A stretch of DNA of 58,800 nt from positions 1 through 58,800 of the forward strand of contig JAHBMJ010000042.1 of assembly GCA_018398765.1 (NCBI GenBank), written 5' to 3'. The DNA comes from Chromera velia. Taxonomy: Eukaryota. How positions within the stretch are numbered: the stretch's first letter is position 1; each line of letters opens with the position of its first letter. The position numbers and the translations under genes are program-made. Under the pieces are notes generated by a model. That model had not been told where the DNA came from. It worked only from the letters and a program-made list of their open reading frames with translations, and searched no databases. This document shows positions 50,950-58,800 of the stretch, piece by piece.

Positions 50950-51957
50950 CTTTCTTTGTTGGTTTGTTTGTTCGTTTGTGTTTTTCTTTGTTTGTTTGTT
51001 TGTTTGTCTGTGTTTTTCTTTGTTTGCCTACATGGCTACATGTGTTTGAACGTGCCGAGGGCTCTAGGAGTGGGTGGGAGTTTATGAGCACCGCCTCCTG
51101 TGTCCACGTGAATCAGCCAGTGCAGCGCAGAGCGTGCGTCAAGCACCTCCATTTGTCTGGTCACTGTCTGGTGAAGCAGGGCGAGAAGCAGCGAAAGACA
51201 AAGAGAGAGAAGAGGAGGGGGGGGAGACAAATCAATGAGTACCTTTCCGTTGCAGTGTCCCCTGCTCCTTCCATTTTTTCCGCTCCTTTTCGGACGAGTG
51301 CAGTGAGGAAGGAAAGGCAAAATACACAGAGAGGGAGATGCATTTTTCAATGGCATTGAATCTGAATCGTCTCAGCATTCCTTGATGGTCGTCATGCTTG
51401 TGTTTGTCTGGTGCCTGCGGTTTTATCGGCGCAAGAAGCGCTTGAGAAGTTTGCGACAGTCCTGTTGATTCTGAGAGTGTTGATGTGAAAGAAACTGTTG
51501 TTTGTCTATGCGCGCTCGTCCCTCTTGCCTGCCTGCCTGCCTGCCTGCAGCACCAGTACATTTCCGGAGTCCAGTTCATGCTCGACAAAGGGTCCGAGAA
51601 GAGATACTACGTGCCCCCCCATGGAACGAGGGCGTACGTGTATCAGGTCAGTGAGTCTTCACGTTGGTGTATGGTGCTTTGAATGTGTGTCTAACAACCA
51701 AAAATAAGGTCTTTTTCCGGACCTCGTCAGTCATCTTTGGAGTGGCGTATGCAGGCGTTCTCATTCTCTCAAGACTCTACGTGGAATGAAGTGGAGAGCT
51801 CGACTTCCGGACTGATCCCTCATGTCTGGCTTCTTTCTCTCGTTTGTCCTTCTCTTGCCATCTGCCTTCCTTTCAGAATGCGGCAGCAGCTGAGGCACTC
51901 CCAATCACCGTCCTCTTCAAGCGAACTCTCCTAAAGCAGATGTGCAACGTCCATTGA
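42439..51957 (+). CDS. PCIF1: PCIF1/CAPAM-family cap-adjacent N6-adenosine methyltransferase homolog with very long low-complexity N-terminal insertions (~1508 aa)
   Basis: 15 exons: 42439-42994, 43279-43394, 43672-45054, 45347-45400, 45765-47337, 47591-47686, 48003-48077, 48396-48455, 48811-48867, 49313-49424, 49727-49841, 50357-50438, 50746-50816, 51551-51646, 51877-51957. Motifs HFTKMKALY, LYILVRRY, MHAAAPENVF, FEGFASPLNC..FCSAFPDTDRWFGSQGSFFDF.PKSGHFEVGPPYTEEVM, LSFTCFVPDW, HQYISGVQF, T..YVYQNAAA match the PCIF1 methyltransferase domain. Confidence 0.9.
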
Positions 51958-53339
51958 AGCCTCATTGACTGGTCGTTCACTCATGCTGAAGAGTCTGTAT
52001 TACAGAGAGTTCATGTAGCGAACTGGAATTCTTGAAATTAGAGAATTTTAACCAAAAGTCAAAAATCCTAGCGAACATCCTTATGCCCCGGATAGGCGCT
52101 TAAACCGCGCGGCCCGCGCCTTAAGGCATTACCGGTACCACTGGTATCAATTGGATCTTAGCAATGTGCTTTGTCCCTCCTGTTCAGCCACCTTATGGCG
52201 TCCAGACAGAAGGTAAAGCGAGGACAAGAACCCTGCGGAAGATCTAGAGAATTAAGGAACGTGTGTAACGTTAACTGAAGCAACACTTCACAGGTTTAGG
52301 TAAACGAGGTCTCAATCCTACTTTGACTCTAAGAGGTTCTATCAAGCTTTGTCTTCAGACTTCTTTCGACTTCACATGAATCCGACTCTATAGGTTCAAC
52401 TAGAGATTCAATGACTTCGGCTGACTTCAACTCAAACCCTGCCGTAGGATGTTGCTCAGACAACATGTTGCTAAAGAAGCCAAATGTAGACTTGCATGCA
52501 TGCGCAGACCTTCGAGTGCGGCACGTACAGGCAGACTGTGTATACGTGCAGCGGCAGGGCATGACATCGGCACGCGGGCTCATTCAGATACAGCGCATGC
52601 GAGGGTCTAGAGGGCGGCGCTACAGAGTAGGACTCCACAAATGACTTGATTAATTTACATAAATTCTCTTAAATTAAGTCTCAAATTCTCAATTTATTTA
52701 TAGAAATTTGTGCTCAACACGTGTACGTATACGGGTTGTATACTTAGGGGTCAACAGTTGTTATTTCTGTTCAATTGCAAGGATAAAACATATTGAATGT
52801 ACTGGATCTATCTAGGTATCTATTAATTTATATCGCCTGTTGGCACAATGGTATTATTCCTAGCGTTATTGAGCGGTTTGTTTTAAAATTGTTTACTTGT
52901 AATTTTAAGGTGTAAATTTTTATTTTAATTAGAGCTCACTATAGCATACTGGCAGTTAGTATGACACAGTTTCAAAATCTTTTTTCTAGTCTTTTTTTAA
53001 AAAAATGTATGATAAAATTGCACTCAGTCATAATAACACAACATTATACAACCTAGTACACAACATGTTTTGAATATTTTAACACAAATTGTTACATAAT
53101 ATCAAACGAGTCAATCCTTTTATATCTTTCTTGTATATTTTTATTTATTATTATGTCAATGGGTTGTTGATTATTAGTCGGATCAATTTTATGCAATCAA
53201 AATTTATCCTAGAATTTGTCCTAATTCGGCAACCAGCTTAGAAAGTAACAAACAAGCTCACATATCATGCAGAACGAACGACGGAGGGAGGGATGCACAA
53301 GCAGATGCACTGCCAGATGTATTGAGCAATGAACTGCTA

Positions 53340-55187
53340 GTTCAGGATACGTTCAGGAGAAGCGCACGCTTTGCTGCAGTGCAATTCGTGCCTCACTGCT
53401 ACTGTTAGGGCTGTGGTGGCGGAAGTCCAGGGAACAAACCTCCAAACTGTCCCAACACGATGTTTACTCAAGCTCTGTGATCCTCTCTCGCAGTTGCGTA
53501 TTCTCCTGCGGAAAGACATTGCACTGAGAAGACACATTCTGCAAAGCCTGCTGCTGGGACTCTGATTTAATAGTTGCACTGAGTTTCTGACGCTGAAGAC
53601 TTCTCTGCATCTCAAACAGTCGAAACTCGTACTTAGTGAGTCGCCCAGCCTGCTGAGGCACAGCATTATACAGTGCACGACTGAACTCTGAAGCCTCCCG
53701 TTCATCTTGTTCAATGCCATCCTCAGGTTATCTCCCCCCAGCTTCATGGTCACTTGTCATTTTAACCATCGGCCACGCCCCTAGGGTTGCCACAGTAAAC
53801 CTCCCCCCCTCCGTCACGGTATTTACACAATCCCCTCCATAGAGAGTGAGGGAGGGTCTACAGGCCTCAGCGCTTGTCCCCCACCAATATGAATTAGACG
53901 AGGTGATCAATAGCAGGAAGCTGGTCTTCACACCGTTCAATTCTACATTGACAAAGGTATGCCCCCCGCAGTGTCCCTCAACAACTTGCCCCTCCCCCCG
54001 CCTCCCCCACCACTTTCAACCGCCCTCCGTCGCTCTCAAACCCCTGCAATGTCGTCTTAACTTTGAGAAGCATCCGGTTTTTGAAAAACGGACTGCCCTT
54101 CCAAAGTGCCGTGTGTGAGGGGGCATCAAGGTAGCCCGCTGCTCGGAGACGCTCAATGCTTATCCAGTCTAAATAAAGGAAGAGATGTCGGAGAAGAATG
54201 ATAAGAAGTGCGTTTGCAGGATAAATGTTTAATTCGGTGAAAAAACGCGTGTGGAAGTAGAACTGTGGGCACAGAGACGCAATTACATCACAAATTTTCC
54301 TAAGAATTTTTGTGATGAAAACGAACATCCGATCTATGAAGGGGTTCTGAGGGAGATAAAAGTGCAAGATCTTCTCCAACGGTTCTGTTCCATCTGCTAC
54401 TATTGTTGAGATGGACACAAATTGTTTCTCCTCTTGAATCCCTCCAAACTCCCGGTGAAGGACCCTCACACGAATGTTGAGGCTTTCTGCACTCACAAAC
54501 AAACCTTTGGATGGGGTTTTCGCAGCCATCAAACGCACTTCCAAACAGTTAAATTTGTGCACCCCCCTCCACTTTGGACAGCCAGCCACAGGGTCGTGTC
54601 CCCCCATCCAAATCGATGTCTAGTATATATAGGTGGCGGACTGTATGCTAGTACAGGCGGTGGAGGATATAGACGAAGGCTCCATGGCATCATGCACCCC
54701 TTTCTTCCTCCCCTTCGGTATACAAATTCATAAGCACTGCAGTCACAGTCGCTTTCTCTTCCGCAGTCACTGAAAGCGAAAGCTTCTCAAGCTTTAACTT
54801 GTATGCTGCAGTGGCTGTGTGTCTCTTAAAAATTGCCTTCACGTATTGCTGCCCTTTTTTGTACAATCGAAACCCGGATGGATCCGCACGGATCACAGAT
54901 AAAAACCTACTGTCTATTTTCTTTTTGCACTAGACAGCAGCAGTAGTCGCATATTTCTTGGCGCAGTCCTAGAGGTATGGGCTCCAATGGGCAATCTTTC
55001 AGCTGGACGGGCATTGTTCCCTCAGGGCTGTCGGACCCTGCATGGTCCTGACCAGAATCACTCGAAGTCCCACCCGCGGGCTTTGAGCATCCCTGTCGTC
55101 TCGCGACCTCTTTGAGGTTTGTTGCAGCTCAGACATTCCAGACAGATGTACGGCTTTTCTTCCGAGCTCCGACATCGTATTACTCAC
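53340..55187 (-). pseudogene. Probable decayed gene of unknown family with a coiled-coil C-terminal part
   Basis: ORFs 54999-55187 and 54690-54896 share a frame across TGA/TAG stops. ORF 53978-54607 (209 aa) is protein-like. ORFs 53728-53940 and 53464-53661 share a frame across one stop (..ENTQLRERITELE). Joining all pieces needs about two frameshifts or introns. TGCATGCA cluster lies just upstream (55310-55350). Confidence 0.4.
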
Positions 55188-55879
55188 AGCATTGATTCAA
55201 TTGGAACGCGCCAGATCGACTCGATCATGAGACGGCTGCCACTCCAAACAGCTGATGCCAGAATTATACCGACCTGCATCATTTTTTTTTCCCGCCCGCG
55301 CATCGCGCGATCATGCATGCATGCATGTATGTGCATGCATGATGCATACATATTTCTTTTTATCGCCTCTCTAGGTATGTATTGGTCCGGTATACATAGG
55401 TTTGGTTCCTATTTCCGGGGCTATCAATCCTAGTTGCTCCACATAGGCACCCTGCGTGGTCCCTATGCCTGCACCTAGAACTGCCATAAAAATTCCTTCC
55501 TGCGAGATGTGCTGAGGTCCCTGTATGCCTAGGGCCTCGCACTCTTAATCACTCCCTGCCTTGCTGGATGTGTTCGGGTGATCTATCAATTCGATGTGAA
55601 GGTGGAATATAAAAATAGAGACTGATCAACACTTTCTCCACTAATCTTCCCTTCTCCCGCTTTTCCTTTCCTTTTCTGTTCCTTTGTGTTGATACTAAAT
55701 ATTTTAAAGAATTTTTTTCTTTTCAACAATGTTACTGCTTTCTTTCCTTCTTCATGCAATGGGTCTCTTCAACCTTATATTTTTTCTCTACTAAATTTAA
55801 TTGTGTTCAACTTTTCCTTGATCTCCTTATTTCTTTCTTCCTTCAATAGTTCTTTCCCCCCCCTCTCCCTCTTCTTTCT

Positions 55880-58085
55880 TCACTCTCCTCCATTTGTTCG
55901 GTCGGCCAGTCCAACATACGCCGAGTACTCCCTCCTCAGCAACATTTCAGTAACTTTGAAACCGCGGGCCCCACAGCTTGCTTGTATTGATGCAAATACT
56001 GTAGAAGAAGCTGCTCTCTGAACTGCGACCGAAATCGTTTTCCACCACTGATCTGCCATTCTCTGTCTTGCTGCCTGGTCTACACCCTCTCCCAACCTCT
56101 CACTTGACTGTTGCACCATTTCTTTCATAAAGCGCACTGTCTCTTTCCCTAGTCTCCCAAACGTCTCGAACACCAGAGGTACGAACCTGATCCCCATGGC
56201 TCTGCAAGCTTTATCGTAATGGGAGTGTTTATTGTTCTCCTTCTCCAATGCTGCTGCCCCTGCTTTCTTTGAGTTTCGTTGCAGTCGGGCCCCAGTTTGG
56301 ATTGGGTGAATCAATGTAACATCTCCCACCACTGAGTCTCCATTTGGCAAACTTGCAAATAGGTTGGGCCACTTGTCTCTCTCTTCTGCCAATGGTCCCT
56401 CTAGTGTGAGACCTAAGGTGCCAAACGTTGTTTCCCCCTCCACTGTGTAGTATTTCACCCCTGTTATGAGCTCAAAAAAGGCTGCTCCCACCATCTGATG
56501 ACGTCTCCACAACCCTCCTCCCGTAGGACACTTACCTCCGTGTATTCCTTGGATATCACTTCTTGTTCCACATCCGTAAATAGGTTGTCTGACAATCTGC
56601 GGAATCGGTAGGCCAAGTCGAAGCCTGAGTGCCGTACGAAAGATCGGAGGGTGCATCTTGTGATTTGCATCACATGGAATGGCCCCCATCCACGCACTTG
56701 CTCTATTCCCTGAACAGCTGTGTAGGCGGACTCGTCCTTCTGTGTCTAAAGGGACAAGCTGCATAAGTATGTCTAAAAACGACCACCCCATGATCGTATT
56801 TGGCGCCTGCCTGCATGCTGCCCCCCTCTCTATGTCCCCTTAACAAGGAATCTCTCCAAGAAATCGTTTTCTCGTTGCCGCTTGTACTGTATCAAACAGC
56901 CTCCCCTGCACTCCTTTTGCACTTTCTTTTCTCCATACCTCTGCATTTGCTTGCCACTCTTTACGGAGGAGAGTCTCAGACCCTGCTGGTGCTGCTTCTA
57001 GTGCCTTACTATCGTTTTTCAACCGGGAAAACGCTGTTTCAGCTTATCATGCCCAAGCTTGTCGCGACACCTTCCGCCAAATCTCTTCAGCGTTGTTTCC
57101 ATACCCCTGCTCCAACAGCCGTTTCAAAACGTCTGCTAAGCATGACGCAAAACACCCCACAATGGCACTTGTCTGTAGCAAGTTGTACCGCGGGATGCCC
57201 AACCCTCCTTGCACAAGGGGAAGCGTTGCCTAGAGGGTGTGTTGCACTGTCCATTCCCCATGCCCAATGCCCATTCCCTTCCTGAATGCGGAGAGAAGCG
57301 TGTCGTCTGCTTCTGCCCACACCATTGCGGGAATAGCATCTCCCATCAGCTTGAGCAAGAAGCTCAGCTTGGGGAACACACAGTATCGGAAAAGAAGCCA
57401 ACTTCCCTGTGGGTCTCTGTATTCTGCCACCTTCTCTGCAAGCTCCACTGCATCCTTCTTCACTTCTTCAAAGCGTTGCAGCTCGAACTCGTGTGTCCCT
57501 ATTCTCCCCCCTCCCAGTATGAACCCCTCTCTTGACAATTCTAAACCGTTTGGAGGATCTTCTGGGCACTGCCACCTGACCGTGTTACTCTTTCCATACC
57601 TCTTTGCCCAGTCCGGTGAGAATGTGAGACTCTTCCCTTTCCCTAGGTTGAGGGTCAGGTTGAATGTCGCAAAGTCCCGCACCGCTGCCCCCCATGACTT
57701 TTTTAGTCCTCCCGCTGGAAAAAAGAGCCCAACGTCGTCCATGAAGGCCCCAATCATTCTACTCTATCTTAGGTGCTGTTATTGGAGCATTTCTGCAAGC
57801 CTGTCCCAAACCGGCTTCAAGCCAATGCAGAACAATGCTGGGCCCATTACATCCCCTTGCTGCACTCCCTCCTCCGACATAATTACTCTTGTCTCTCCTG
57901 AATCTGTTTGGAAGAACGTTGGAGCTGCCCGCCTATAAAAGAACATCAAGAATGTATAAAGTTCTAGAAAGTGCTCTAAAACCTCGTCCATAATCTTTTG
58001 TCGGTCCGCTGCATTAAAAGCGTTCTGGGCGTCTAGTCGGAGGAAGACGGCCGACTTATCCATCTGGAGGGCCGTTTTCACTGTA
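55880..58085 (-). mobile_element. 5'-truncated CRE-clade-like non-LTR retrotransposon (RT + zinc knuckle + restriction-like endonuclease), inactivated
   Basis: Single frame across ORFs 57779-58168, 57230-57757, 56840-57022, 55880-56791. RT: LDAQNAFN, GVQQGDVMGPALF, FMDD, LNLGK, (Q)ATLP..GGLG. C-terminal: ASAWMGAIP, FRTALRLRLG, YGCG..D..GIH..C..GG..RH, WPN(=RPD)..GDVT, KENNKHSHY, FVPLVFETFG, ISVAVQR. Confidence 0.92.
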
Positions 58086-58169
58086 TGATAGAGGCAGGCA
58101 CATAAGATAAATCTATCCCGAACGGTCTCCAACAGTAAAACGGTCTCCAAAACAACCATACCTCTCAAG

Positions 58170-58800
58170 TTTTTTTAGGCAGTAAACAATATTTAAAAGC
58201 TTAAAACAAAGAGTTTTAAGCGATCAAACAGTACGATTTCCTGTTTTTAAATTAATTGGGTTTAGTGAAAGAAAAAAATATATTGTGTTTGACCGCTCGG
58301 CGTGCATGTTTCGTGCGTTAACGCACGCGCCTGTCATGCATGCAATTAAGGCAGCGGTGGGGAGCACCGGAATTTAAAATCGCGCGGATCATTGTTTCGG
58401 CGGCATTAAAAAATTGTTATATGAGTTGAACAACTTCGTTGTCTGGTTGTTGCGGTGTTACGCTGAAACAGTGCCTTCAGCTCATGGCCAATATTATGAG
58501 CGTTCTGCTCATGATTTGTATTCAGACAGTCTAGTACACAGTATATATATATATATATATATATATCAACATATTAATAACATCAATTGTGATACTTATA
58601 AAAGCTCTACACTATGTTTTATATGTTTTCAATCTTTCTGTTAAAACCTTAAGATTTATTGTACAGAAAATATTTTAAAGAGTTAAAAACTTAAAATCAT
58701 ACATTCAAATTTAAATATATATATAGTTATCATAAATCAAATTTTTATATAATTCTCTCACTAACTAGGATTTAAAAAACACTTAATTGCACTCTCAAAC
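58170..58800. other. AT-rich island, one of several (~1740-1900, 3230-4060, 19850-20290, 23090-23510, 33110-33510, 38390-38830, 52650-53230)
   Basis: Abrupt drop in G+C and abundant TA dinucleotides relative to the GC-rich genic DNA; located between gene clusters, usually next to repeat remnants. Confidence 0.7.

Noticed and set aside
52329..52583. Minus-strand ORF with SCEVERSLKT, faintly like a hAT transposase dimerisation domain
   Set aside because: Only an ERS-like core resembles the motif; no upstream transposase or TIR pair identified.
55880..58168. Stop-codon reassignment (TAA/TAG = Gln, ciliate-style) or readthrough as the explanation for in-frame stops
   Set aside because: The five intact genes contain no internal TAA/TAG and use CAA/CAG freely; all three stop types occur in the damaged ORFs; catalytic motifs of the element also carry missense damage.

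Overview
Intron-rich eukaryotic nuclear DNA, not prokaryotic. TGCATGCA promoter-like motifs, microsatellite-filled introns and the gene content suggest an apicomplexan-related alveolate such as a chromerid; this is inference, not a database result. I assembled five intact multi-exon genes by hand, all with GT-AG introns and consistent phases: (1) a SAM-like + 3x CCCH zinc-finger protein (-), divergent from (2) an atypical CAMK-group kinase with DFD in place of DFG (+); (3) a PH - transmembrane - START-like - OSBP lipid-transfer protein (+); (4) an alpha-arrestin with PPxY motifs (-), divergent from (5) a ~1500-aa PCIF1/CAPAM-family methyltransferase whose catalytic motif reads GPPY instead of NPPF (+). 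Between the gene clusters lie decayed repeats: a 5'-truncated CRE-like RT+RLE non-LTR retrotransposon, a hAT-like MITE with an 8-bp TSD, a 410-bp fold-back element, degenerate tandem copies, two probable pseudogenes and abrupt AT-rich islands. The most notable pattern is that repeats and pseudogenes appear damaged mainly by C>T/G>A transitions, largely without frameshifts, and fade into the AT-rich islands, suggesting RIP-like or methylation-driven hypermutation of repeats. A second pattern is that about half of the splice donors have C at +3 (mostly GTCAGT, often expanded as (GTCA)n). Exon boundaries and counts were derived by eye.
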